Under the pieces are notes generated by a model, which was not told where the DNA came from, did not search any database, and was given only the letters and a program-made list of their open reading frames with translations. A stretch of 63,657 nucleotides of DNA, filler included, from Xylographa opegraphella (Eukaryota): the NCBI GenBank assembly GCA_022813865.1. It is 3 parts of 3 records of this genome, joined end to end, with 100 filler letters (N's around TTAATTAATTAA, not from the genome) between each part and the next. Parts side by side here need not be neighbours in the genome. Positions count along the whole stretch, not along the records: positions 24,054 to 47,770 come from JALDZX010000130.1; positions 47,871 to 63,657 come from JALDZX010000148.1; 1 more part is not named here. One strand, 5' to 3'. The translations under genes were made by a program, and so were the position numbers. Below, one piece after another: positions 36,713-49,201 of this stretch. Position 1 is the first letter of the stretch; each line of letters opens with the position of its first letter.

Positions 36713-37799
36713 CTATTCCATGACACCCTTCTTCCCGTCACCATCAGTATCCTTCATGGGGTTCAATCTATCCATCAAGCTAGGCTTTTTTCCAGTAGTA
36801 GAGGTAGCATCGTAGTTATCACCGGTAGTATGGTGGGAGCCAGTATGGTGAGAGCCAGTAAGTCCAGAGCCAGAGCCAGTGTGGCGGCCAGAGCCGGAGA
36901 GTCCAGAACCAGTTCCGCTAAGTTCACCCTCAGCAGCTCCGACAACACTGCTAACACCTTTCGGCTCACCCTCAAAACCATCGTAACGTTCTTCGCGTCC
37001 AGTGAGTGACCCGCCTTGGCGCTTGAAGTCGGCCATGCTGACGGCGGGAAGGGCAGACGCAGCGTGGTGCTTAGCCTCATTATGGTGAATCTCGTGAATG
37101 GGAACAGTGGTGTGGACGACAGATGGCTGAATAGTCTCCTTCTGAACAACTGGCTGGATGGTCTACGAAATTGGTGTCAGCCAAAGCTCTGGACGATGAC
37201 GTTCTGACGTAGTTACCTCATGGACGTGGTGGTGGACATGCTCTCCAGCAATGGTCGGGGCTACAGAGTGAGTTTCTTGGACAGCTCCCTCAACACGCGT
37301 GCTCTTGAACTGGGCAGCTTCCTGCTCAAGACGGGCTCGAATACCAGCTTCATCACCATGATGCAGCTCGCGAACCTCGACAGGAGCCATCTGGTGCATG
37401 TGTTGTTCTGGAAGAACCTCGCGGTCCTTCACGGGTTGGATGGAGGTATGGAAGTGGTCTTGGTGGACCTCTCGGTCGATAGCGGTAGTAGCCTCTTCAT
37501 GACGCTTCTTGACTATTTCCTCTTGTACAACGGCTGGGGCGACCTTCTCGTGGACTGTGGTATCGTGATGTCCAGCCTTGGCCCTATAATGTTATGTCAA
37601 TGAGGATTCGCATCCTTGAGAAACATCGCTGCTGCACGACATCCCAGAAGGCAATCATTGCCTAGACACACTTGGAGTTCATGTCCGCAAGAAATTTTTC
37701 GAGGGAGGCGGAGGGAGAGCGCTGGTATTGGTGAGCAAGCAACTGCTTGCTATATGGTACTCACATGAAGTCACTGACAGCTGCCTTTGCTTTATCCAT
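36713..37799 (-). CDS. His-rich conserved fungal protein (often annotated allergen); introns ~37764-37584 and ~37215-37164
   Basis: Spliced MDKAKAAVSDFM-AKAGHHDTTVHEKVAPAVV...REVHQDHFHTSIQPVKDREVLPEQH...GEHVHHHVHE-TIQPVVQKETIQPSVVHTTVPIHEIH...KKPSLMDRLNPMKDTDGDGKKGVME. Confidence 0.88.
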
Positions 37800-39419
37800 T
37801 TCGAAAGTAGTTGATAAGTAGCTTCTTGATTGTTTAGGTAAGAGTGAACAGACTTCCGATTGCAAAGGATGAATGTTGTATGATGTGAAAGATGAAGTGG
37901 GATGAGGGCCAGGTCAAATACCAAATTTTAGCTTAGCGATGACGATGCATATTCACACGCTCCCACAAACAAGGCAGTCGCACTCCGTCCCGGTGAACTA
38001 GGCCGAAGGAAGTTCAGAACGGTAGCGGTCGTACGCTACGGCTACATCATCGAACCTCGGACCTTTTCGAGCGACGTACGATGGAGAGCCACAATCTAAG
38101 ATCACTGCCAATCAAGGATCGAGGAGATGATCAGCCACTCGCAGGGATCTCATGAGGCCAATGCGGACTTGCTCACAAGGTAAGGTAGGTAGTGGGGGAT
38201 CGAACCTGTGGGGCACACCCGCGTTGGGCATGCACCTGATCGAATGATCGTCATCGGAATCTGCATGGGTACGGTCAATTGCCTCGAAGTACTTTAGAGG
38301 GTGAAGGGTTGGACTGGCTTTCCGATTCTGCCTCTTGCGGGTCGACAGCGAACGATTAAAAGTCCTTCTAGAGCTGAACGTCTGATAAGGAGTCTCTACA
38401 TTACTACCTCTGTGATGATCGGCTGCTGAAGCGAATGTTCTTAGGGCTTTCGGCCCAGGAGTGGCTAGTGCGGGGCCAGGTCCAACGGTCCTCCTTTGAG
38501 TGTTCGGGAGCATTACCTACCACCTACCTTAGGTAAGTATCAAGATCGGTGGTTGTGGCGTGGTTCATGAGGCGCCGCATCTATCCACCCCAAACCAGTT
38601 TACACCACTTCCGGATAGTTGAGCAAGTATCCGTAAGATGGCTGATGACAAACTTTCCCAATTCGCGGACTGTCAATTTACGACTACCCCTACGATATCC
38701 TATCCTCCCTATTTCCCCAATCCTTATTCTATTTTGCCTAATCCCTATTCTCTCCCTAGGCCGTGTGAAGAACAAGACAGCGCCACAGCGAGGTGATATG
38801 CCACACTACCCGTGGGCGTGGTAGCAGCCAATCAATTAAGCATGGCTCCTGCCCTTATTTCCACGGAGACAGATCCCATCGTTGAGACGACATGCTTGAT
38901 TTGATTTCTCGGCCTTCCCGTAAGTCTGGAAGCGCTACTTATTGTACCGGGTACGTACTGGTGGCGATCCCCAACTATTCGAGACCAGAGTGCATCGTGC
39001 AGGATCATCCAAGCCTCAGAGGGGTGACTCTCAGTGGCGTCATTCCTCCCGCTCCAGTCAACGCCAGCTATCCGGGCTACTGCAAGTCTGGAGCGCCTAT
39101 CCTTGGCAGTGACACAATGGCCAAGTTTGGAGTGGTTTGGAGTTAGAACGACTTCGCTAGATCCTACCTTAGGCTAGAGTAGCTAAAGATTCACGGACCA
39201 GACCCCATCGCTCGAAGCTATCATGGCCGAGAACAATGACATCGGCAAGATATTCATGAGTGCACGAAATGCACATGGAGTTCTTGTCCTCTCGTCATTT
39301 GACACGTAGCTTCTATCCCAATTTCTTTCTTTCCCAACGAAAATACCTCGTACCCGTACTTCAGAATTCCTATCTGTGATTGGCCAGTCAGTCAGTACCT
39401 TGGTTTTTAACATCTCATC

Positions 39420-41053
39420 ATGTCTTCACGTATCAAGAAGCTCCTGCATCGAAAGGATGATTCTGGTTCCCCATCTCCAAACCCGGACTCACCTCCACGA
39501 GCTCGGCTCCCAACAGAAAGTACGAGGGACCCAGCGCTTCGCCAATCCCTTTACGATGAGGCCATGCCAGGACATGTTGCAACGATGGGCACGTATCCTC
39601 AAGGCGGAAACAACATGTCCGGCCGAAACAGTTCCACTCTTCCTCGGGAATACCACACTTCAGTCAGCACAGGTTACGAATCCTCCTCTCAAGGTGGTTT
39701 CTTGTCTTCCGAATTCTCCAGATTGAATCTGGATGGTGGGCGTGGTCAGTCATTCTAGAAAGTAATCACCTTGTATTGGTTCATTGACAAGTTTTAGATG
39801 CGACCATCCGTCCGGTTCCTAGTGAACACGTTCTCACACCTGGGAGTTCTGTTCCTGAAAGGAATGAGGACGAGTATGATAGTGATGTGATTAATAACAG
39901 TCATCGCTACAAAAACGACCCTCGACTTGCAGAATCGTCTTCCCGTAGTGATGCTGTTTCCGGTACTCGTGGGCGATTTCAGGGCGAAGCGATCAGCATC
40001 CCACCCACAGTCGCCAATGTACAACAGCAAGAAGAACAAGGACTGTCAAGAAAGCGATCGATACCTAGAAAGCTGGTTGGCAGTGGCTCAGCCTTACAGG
40101 GGCCAGATCACGTCGCACTGTATTCTGCGACTTCCAAGCTCCATTCGACCCAGTCAAGTTTACAGAAGTCGCACTCTTCACCACAATGGGGAATGCAAGA
40201 GCTTGGCGATAATGAGACGAGAAGCACAGTTGGGAAGGACCAAAGGAGAAGTGCCGCACAACAAGGTAACTCGTCAATCACCGCACAAGATGTAATGAAT
40301 CGGGCGAAGGGCAACACGCGTGATACTGAAGTCATCGAGACTATTGCCCCAGGTTAGTAGCCCAGTCGTTTCATGTCGACCGAGAACTATACTTGTTGCT
40401 GATAATGAATAGCTGTCGTCCACCAGACTGTGAATAAAGACATCCACTATGTCAAGCACGAGGTGGTCACACGGGACATTCATGATCATGTATACTACCA
40501 TCGAATTCTTCCTGTGATTGATGTAGAAGTACTTCCACCACGTCACTTCCTTCCCGTTGAGGGAGGCGGTCTTGTCGAGGTAAGTGCAGATGAGGTTCCT
40601 GGGCGAGGCAAAAACTGGGTTATTGCAGAGACCGCTTCGAAGATTTCTTCTGCAGGTCCAGTACCGAACGAACAAAGAAAATTCACGGCCAGGGAGTTTA
40701 TCGGCACGGAAGATGACGACAAAAGCTATACGATGCCCGAAGGATATGAAAGAACAGAGCAGACGTGGGTCCACCCGCCTGAACTTGAGACTCTTGGGCA
40801 AGCAAGCGGGCAGACGTGGCCTGTGGAACTCGGACAAGATCCTGCAACCCGTTCTGCTAAACAAGGTCACCGATCACCCGGCAAGACTGGCAAGCAGAAG
40901 GGTATCCTGAAGCAAACCACGCCTGAACACGATCTTGAGGAGATCGGGAACACGTCAAAAGGCTACCAACAACAACCTACCGGACCGTCATCGGAGCAGC
41001 AAAAGCCTATTGGGGTTGGTCCTCGCCCATCTGATATGCGGTCTACGCGATAA
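39420..41053 (+). CDS. Hypothetical protein with disordered N-terminus and allergen-like His-rich domain; introns ~39745-39797 and 40353-40412
   Basis: Three ORFs join in frame through GT-AG introns; TIAP-AVVHQTV..RDIHDHVYYHRILPVIDVEVLPPRHFLP...TWVHPPELE. Confidence 0.82.
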
Positions 41054-41416
41054 CCCAAAAGCGGAATGTGTAGGTACGGGGGATTGTACTGTACGGTAGT
41101 ATCAGAAATGAGTGTACTTCTAGCGAAACGAGCGTGGAGTATTAGCAAGGTACATCAACACGGCAAAATTGTACCACAAGTCTTGTACTCAAGCTCTTGA
41201 TACTCGCCATTCAATCTCTCTGCGTCGGAGGAAGACTTCGCTGCATGATTAAATAAAACATATACTTGTGGGTAGTCCAACCATATTCTAATGTGAATAA
41301 GTATTTCAACCCTTATCTGTGTGCCGACTTTCGAAAGCGTATTCTACATGCAGAACTTCCTAGGTGCTGAACATTACCTAAAGTACAATGCATACCTTAC
41401 GAAGCATTCATTCAGT

Positions 41417-42494
41417 TTATGATCCGTCCGGCAGGACATCGCCGGGATCCACACCAACCTTTTCGCCAACTCTCCTCACCACACCTCTCAGAGCTATACA
41501 AGCAGGGCTATCCGGAAAGGCATCAAAAAAGCTTTCCCCATAATCACACGCCATCCCAATCCGTGGATCCAGCGGTACTGCTCCTAAGAAGGGGATGCGC
41601 GTCTCTTTTGCCAGCTTTCTTGCCCCACCTGTCGTGGCTCGGAAAACCTGAGAGCGGTGTCTACAGCTCGGACACACAAAGCCTGACATGTTTTCCACAA
41701 TGCCTAGCACTCTGATACCGGCTTTCCGGCAGAAGTCAACCTCTTTACGAACATCGAGTAAGCTTACTTCTTGTGGAGTGGTGACCACTACAGCACCATC
41801 CACTCCGGACTCTTTCATAAAAGAATTGACACTCAAGTGCTCATCGCTGGTTCCCGGCGGGGTATCGACCAGTAGATAGTCCAGCTCGCCCCATTCCACG
41901 TCCTTTAGGAACTGTTTGATAAGCCCGTTCTTTTTCGGGCCCCTCCATATTACTGCATCATCTCTGTTTGGCAGCATGAACTGTACACTCATAACCCCTA
42001 GATTGTCCGCAACCCAGACAGGGCTCCAGCCCGCATTGCTAACATGGATTATTTCGGCCTCCACGCCCATCATCTTGGGAATGCTGGGACCGCAGATGTC
42101 GGTGTCCATGATGCCCACTGTGCTCTTCGGGTTTGACGCAAAAGCATGTGCAAGCATGGTCGTGAACGTAGACTTGCCAACGCCTCCTTTGCCGGAGAGA
42201 ATTAAGATTTTGTGTTTGATGCCGGAGAGGCGAGCGGTGATGAGCGGGATATCTGGATCAGGTCCTTTCGGAGCCGAGGCGCATATCAACTGGTTGGGAC
42301 ACCCAGCGCATGCATCATCCCTGCCGGCAAGGTTAGATTCGGGGCCAGGGCAGTGTTCTATACATGTGGTTAACACGATACGAGGTAGGTATAATGAAAG
42401 CCTCCATACCGGGCTCGGGCGCCACAAGCTTCGGTGCAGCCTTTAGAGGGGTGTTGAGGTCGGCCTGAAGGGGATCTTCCAATGAGGGAGCCAT
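41417..42494 (-). CDS. NBP35: Cytosolic Fe-S cluster assembly factor Nbp35; one intron near 42408-42358
   Basis: N-terminal [64 protein letters not shown]. Confidence 0.96.
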
Positions 42495-43083
42495 AATGAG
42501 AAAGCTGTAGATCAGAACATCACTGGAGGCGTTGCTCTTGTCGCAAATTTCAGGCTATCTTAGGAATGTATCAAGATGCATGATACCTACCTGTGGATCT
42601 ACCTTAAAGTACCTTGACCTGCACGGCCGCAGAATATTTGCCACCTCATGGAAGATAATGGCGCGATCTATTAGGACTACGAGTAGTGCAAATGATTTGT
42701 CAGGCGTTGAGGCTACGGTATCATATCGAGTGACTCTACGAGTACCTTACCTTACGGAGTAGGATATGCCCCTCTCTCGCCCCACCAAAGGCACAGGCGG
42801 CCTGGGATCCGGAGAAAACCGTTAAGCGAGGTAACTAGTCCGATATTGTTGCTTGGAACTATCCAACTTTTGTTATTATTGATTATTTGCCGGGGCCTAC
42901 ACCTAGCAGACAGTCGGGTACTTGATCAATCAATCGGTATAGGCTCTTATATCCAGTCGTCCTCAATTAGGTCGACGTCCTCGTAAAAGACGTTGGATTG
43001 ACCCTTCTCGGCGATTACAACGTGCAAATGTGAAACCGCAGCAAAGAAACATTGATTACTCAAGAGTCGATAGTTAGCATTTC

Positions 43084-46000
43084 ATGATGGACGAAGCCGG
43101 CCTTCGTGATAGAAATATCCCACAACGTCGTTCCACAGCAGAAAAGGCCAAGCAGGCTGTGCAGGAGCTCAACGCCGCGAAGTCTGACTCAGAGAAAGAC
43201 ATAAAGGAGCAGAGGACATTCGGTCGGACGCCAGACGGTATCGGTAGGTACCTGACTCAAACGTGTGCTGTCCGTACACCCATGAAGAACGAGTTTATAT
43301 AAGGTCACGTCTGACAGGCGACGCTGCCGAAAGCTTGTTGACTTGTCGCTGAGCTAATTTTAATGGCCACAGTGTTCACGGTTCCGCAGACCCATGATAT
43401 GGTGTCCCAACTTCTGTCTCCGAGCCAACCAAAAAATGTATCTGATATGATTGTGCTACTCATTCTAGGCCTACATGGGTTGACGTTGTATCTCTTACCT
43501 GCATTCTTGCGAATCCCCGTGTTCACCATAGTTTTTATCTTCTGGCGAGGGTGTTACAACGCTGGCATCGGCTATCTTTTGTACATTCAATCGAACCATC
43601 GAAGATTGGTTGCCTGGGCAAAGAAGTCTAAGCTATTTATAAATCCAGCCACTGGCGGAAATCCTCACCCGATGCTTTATTATTTCATTAAGCGGGAACT
43701 GGAGACAAAAATTCCGCACGACTATGATTTTGAGGAGGCTCCTATTGAGTACAACACCTGGCTTGTCTTTCGTAGGATTGTGGACTTGATTCTTATGTGT
43801 GATTTTGTGTCGTATTGTCTGCTTGCAATGGCTTGTGGTGGAACTCCTCCAGGGGAGAGTATATTGATGACTGTATTCCGATGGTTCGCTGGATGGACTC
43901 TGGTTGGGTTTAACCTGTGGGTGAAAATTGATGCTCATCGAGTCGTCAAGGACTATGCCTGGTACTGGGGTGACTTTTTTTATCTTATCGATCAGGAGTT
44001 GACATTCGATGGTGTCTTCGAAATGGCACCACACCCAATGTACTCCGTAGGGTATGCAGGCTACTACGGGATATCCTTGATGGCTGCAAGCTACAATGTT
44101 TTGTTCATATCAATCATTGCCCACGCAGCTCAATTTGCGTTTTTGGTCTGGGTGGAGAATCCCCATATTGATAAAACCTACAATGCTCCGCCTTCTCGGA
44201 TCCGCTCATCGGAACCCATAATAGACATCGATCATGCCTATGAAGTTGATGTCGGCAGCGTCAATGGTGCTCCTCCACTTGCGACTACCAATCAGCCATC
44301 TCCCGTTCACAACATTCTTGGATTACGCAATATCGATCTCTATAGGACAATAGACACTTCAGTCATTCTTTTACAACTTCATGTCTTTGTTTTGACATTA
44401 ATGACGCCTTCCACACCAGTTTTTCAGGGCCTTTTTGTTGCCAATGCTGCGATATGGCGTGTCTGGTACTCGCTCGGGATAGGATATGTGCTGAATAGAC
44501 AATCGATGAAGAAGAAATGGACGAGACACTTCCTAAAATACGGCGAAAGCACCGAAGAAGCATGGAGACAGTGGAAGGGAGCCTATCATCTCAGCATGAC
44601 AATGTGTTACGCCACATTTATAGCGGCAACATGGAAACTGTATGCCATACCTTCCGACTGGAGCTACGGAATGGCCCTTCTAAAACACGTGGTAGGCCTT
44701 GGGATGGTGTCCCTGCAAGTCTGGACTGCGGTTAGCGTCTATGACTCCCTTGGAGAGTTTGGGTGGTTCTTTGGTGATTTCTTTTTCGATCATGCATCGA
44801 AGCTAACCTATGGAGGGATATACCGGTTCCTGAACAATCCTGAGCGAGTCATGGGTTTTGCTGGAGTTTGGGGGGCCGCCCTGATTACTGGAAGCAGTGC
44901 TATCTTTTTCTTGGCTCTTCTCAGTCACATCTTAAGCTTGGTTTTCATTCAATTCGTTGAGCGACCGCACATGCAGAAATTGTACGGACAGAGTCTGCGA
45001 AGAGAGTCTGGCTTGGTAAGGAGTCTCAAGCGATCATTGCCACCACCTCTACGTCAATGGCAGGGCAGTGTGGACCGAATGCTCAGCGAAACCGTGGATT
45101 TCGTCGAAGACTTCATCGATGCTGCTCGACCAAGGCTTGCGGCCGGGGTAAGTACCTTTGTTCGAGATTCAACTGCACTTTTCAAACACCCGACAAGGAT
45201 TAGTATCACGCGCCTTGAACCGGATCTGGCAGGGTATGATCTTAAAGATTATTCAATTGAAATAAGCGGCGCACATTTATCTCTCGCTTCGCTGCACCAA
45301 TTTAGGAGCGATTGTGCGGACGAGACAGCACGATCTCAAGCAGACAGCACTGGTGACTTCAAGCCTCTCAAGTTCGAATACGGGGCCCCTATAAGGGTCC
45401 GTTGGACTGCACCTCTGAACCATAGTAAGAAGGATTGGGTAGGTCTTTATAGGGTAGCGGACAATGCGTCACGAGAAGCTACACGAGTAGCTTCCCAAGG
45501 ACGATGGGTCGCTACTACTCGAGACCAGTACGACTCTGGTACCGCCGAACTGGGAATCCTAGTAAGCGATACACGGGTCTCTGGAAACTCACGCAAAGAT
45601 GGAGAGTCGCAAGACTTTCTCACCGGCGAGATGGAATTCTCGGGCGACAAACTTTGGTGGACCACCGGCGTTTTCGAGTTCCGGTATCATCACAACGGCA
45701 AGCACAATGTTATGGCCATCTCCTTACCATTCAATATCAGAATTACCAGATTTGATGAGCATGATGTGGAGCCCGATTCAAGCGGCTTGATACGGGCCGC
45801 TGTCCAGGATGCACTCTTACCTGTCGTAAGAAACTGCTTTGATAGAGATCCCGAGATTGCGCCGAATACAGCATCGGAACCCTTCGGCATTCTGGTGGAA
45901 AGAAAGGGCAAATATGCAAAACGAGTGGTGTATGCAGTACATCAGATGTGAGCATAAACCCCTCCTCTGGTGAGACTTTTATTCCGACATTAAATTTTAT

Positions 46001-46215
46001 AGGTTCGGCGTTGAGTTCGCGCCTGAGGTTGTGCAAGCGGATGGAAATGTCAAGAACTTGGCGTGGCGGATATGTAACGCTAAGATGGTTCTTGTAAGCG
46101 GCTTGCGATCTCTGCTCCACAGCGAAACTGTCCTAATCGATGTTTGTGTTGGTAGGCTCCGTATAGCATGTCACCATCTCGTGGCACTAGTACACCAAAT
46201 AGCGGCAATTTCTGA
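43084..46215 (+). CDS. CHO2: Phosphatidylethanolamine N-methyltransferase; introns ~43244-43372, 45949-46002, 46095-46156
   Basis: [71 protein letters not shown]. Confidence 0.95.
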
Positions 46216-47394
46216 TTCAATCCTACAGATTCTCCTACCAAAAGTGATCTTTTGTTTTCCCCGAGTCCTTGATACTGCTGGTCATACTGACGTACTCGAA
46301 GTATAGACCCTGGTGAGCTGATTGGAAGAGTAAGGTCATCCTTCACGAGAGACTATATAGGAAGGGCAGGCATGATAGCTACTGCTGCGGACCGTGATAC
46401 TCCATGATGTATTATGTCTCTCAAATTCATCTTCACAACCGAAAATTGCAAGCATAGCATAGCTTTGTCCAGTACCATGATTTGAGCATGATCTAAGGAA
46501 ACATGGCTGTTAACTTCATAGCAAACTTCTATACTTTGCCTTGACCAGATAGCGCGTTGTCTATGATTCAACTCTTTAGTCCACATCTCGAGCTTACAAT
46601 TGAGGGACAAGACCAGGAAAAGACGAAGCTAACTTCGCAAACAGTTTATCAATAGCGAGAGCCGATGATTTATGCTCACCCTCCATGGCATTAGTGGCTC
46701 CCTCAAGGGCTATTTCCGTCATCGCAGCATATATTGCCTTTCCATTTCAGACAGAAATCTAGTTCGTTGACTTCAAATCTGCTGACATGCATCAGCGGGG
46801 CAAAAATATGCTTTAAACCTATTGTCATCTTCAATGGAACTCGGACGATACCCTTGTGACCACTTTGGTAAAGTTCTTGTTCACACAGTAGTTGGGAACA
46901 TGATTGATGAAGGGGTGTTGTTGAGGCTTCTTATAGTACCTCTAGATTACAGCCAAGGGTGACATCGATGTCCATTTCGTTGAAAGTCCCGAGAGCGCAA
47001 CAGAACCCGGACGTCCTGTGAAGAGAAAGAGACAACCAGAAGCACAGGCAACCTTAGCATAGGCAAGCTCAAAGCACAGTGACGTCAAAATTTAGGCGGA
47101 TAAACGGCTGCAGAAGAGTAAGGCACAAGCAATGAGGAGGTCACTGAGATCCAAGAGTCTCCTGTGCCCTGCCACTTGGGAAGCAATATATATGTTTCAG
47201 CATTTCAAAAGAGCTGACTATAGATACCTGTGCAAAATGGGAAAGAAACATCCAATGGGGAGAATATCAATGCAAATGTTTGATAAATTGTGTCTAAAAG
47301 GCCGTATACGTTTACTTATATTAATAACAATATAAAATAATTCAGCGTGAGGGAATCTCTCGCTAAATATACAACGCGTCACAAAGCGATTAAT

Positions 47395-47710
47395 TTATTT
47401 AATTTATTTAATATATTTAATATATTTAATATATTTAATATATTTAATATATTTAATATATTTAATATATTTAATATATTTAATATATTTAATATATTTA
47501 ATNNNNNNNNNNNNNNNNNNNNNNNNNNNNNNNNNNNNNNNNNNNNNNNNNNNNNNNNNNNNNNNNNNNNNNNNNNNNNNNNNNNNNNNNNNNNNNNNNN
47601 NNNNNNNNNNNNNNNNNNNNNNNNNNNNNNNNNNNNNNNNNNNTTTTATTTGTTTTTATTTGTTTTTATTTGTTTTTATTTGTTTTTATTTGTTTTTATT
47701 TGTTTTTATT
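47395..47710. repeat. AT-rich minisatellites (ATATTTAAT)n and (TTTTTATTTG)n around an N gap
   Basis: Direct reading. Confidence 0.9.
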
Positions 47711-47770
47711 TGTTACGGCTCGCTATCTCACCCGAAAAGCAGGCCTAGAACCACAGCTATAGGTGAGCGA
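47711..47770 (-). mobile_element. Diverged relative of LTR family A, partial at contig end
   Basis: TGTTACGGCTC..CTCACC..AAGCA.GCCTAGAAC..AGCT.TAGGTG aligns with the reverse complement of the LTR A 3' end. Confidence 0.75.
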
Positions 47771-47870
47771 NNNNNNNNNNNNNNNNNNNNNNNNNNNNNN
47801 NNNNNNNNNNNNNNTTAATTAATTAANNNNNNNNNNNNNNNNNNNNNNNNNNNNNNNNNNNNNNNNNNNN
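47771..47870. other. Artificial contig spacer N44-TTAATTAATTAA-N44
   Basis: Same 100-bp linker as 23954-24053. Confidence 0.95.
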
Positions 47871-47933
47871 AAGGCAACCGGACTAACATTCCTCCGACCC
47901 CTGTTCCACACAGTATTGGTTAGAACCTTAACA
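47871..47933. mobile_element. Partial LTR end (family D)
   Basis: GC-normal segment ending GAACCTTAACA, the inverse of TGTTAAGGTTC at 63596, then an abrupt switch to AT-rich DNA. Confidence 0.6.
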
Positions 47934-48311
47934 CAAATCGACAAGTCGAACGTTATTTTGAACTTTACACTTTACAAAATTAAAGATAAATATTAATATT
48001 TATTTTAATCATTAAAATTAAATATATAATTTTGTTGAACTGCGCGAAAAAAGAATTTTAAATTATATAATTATTCAAAAATCTCGGCTGTAGTAAACAT
48101 TTGAATATCGATTTAAATAATATTAATATTATAAAAAATTATTAACATTAAAAAACTCGTCGATATAATTAAAAAGGATATAACAACGCTGATTAAAAAC
48201 GTTTATATTTATAAAACATCGAAGTATATTAACGTTGTTTATTATTTTATTAAAAATCTTGATTAAAAAATGAAATGAAATTAATTTCGTATTTACGCAG
48301 AATATAATTAC

Positions 48312-48330
48312 AAATAAACAAATAAACAAA

Positions 48331-48393
<63 letters not shown>

Positions 48394-48414
48394 ANNNNNN
48401 NNNNNNNNNNNAAA

Positions 48415-48473
<59 letters not shown>

Positions 48474-48474
48474 A
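48312..48474. repeat. (TAAA)n microsatellite inside a RIP relic
   Basis: Direct reading; explains the YLFI ORF. Confidence 0.95.
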
Positions 48475-49201
48475 TCGAACGTCACTTTAAATTCTGTATT
48501 TTATAAATTGAAGTAAATTCAGACGTTATTTCAATATTTTAAACGAGACATATTAAATTTTTTCTAGTCAATATTTTTTATTTTAATTATTAATTATTTC
48601 AAAATAAATACGTTTAAATTCAATTTCGTATAATATTAAAATTTTATCGCTGTTTGACGGCTTTTAATTGAAATGATTGAATAAAAAGGCTATTTAATTT
48701 TGAAAATTTATTTCATTAAATAAAATCAAATTTATTAATCAATTAAATTATAAATTAAAAAATGAAAGAAATTTAAATCAAAATAACGATAAATTATTAA
48801 TAATACGGGAAACTAATTTGAAACCTAATTTCTTTTAACTTATTAATCAATAAAGCATTAATTTGTAGCAATTTAATGCGCCTCGCTTAAGGAACTGAGG
48901 CAAATTAAACGTGGTTGCTCCTAACTCGTTTATAAGCAAAGCACTAACCCGCAGGGACTTAGTGCGCCCCGTCTGAGGGACTGAGGCAACTCCACATCGA
49001 ATCGGGCAGGTCGCTTACTAATGCGATTGGGCGAGCCGTTAGCGGCTCCACTTGCGACACAGTGGCTCGATGACGGAGTTTACCTATAACCTGCGAGAAT
49101 CTATGGATAAGCTAGCTCATTTTTGAGTTGCTAAATCTCTTTCGTGAACCTCAATTGTCCTTGATGAATTGCCAGGGCAAGGCGGGTACAACGCAACAAC
49201 A

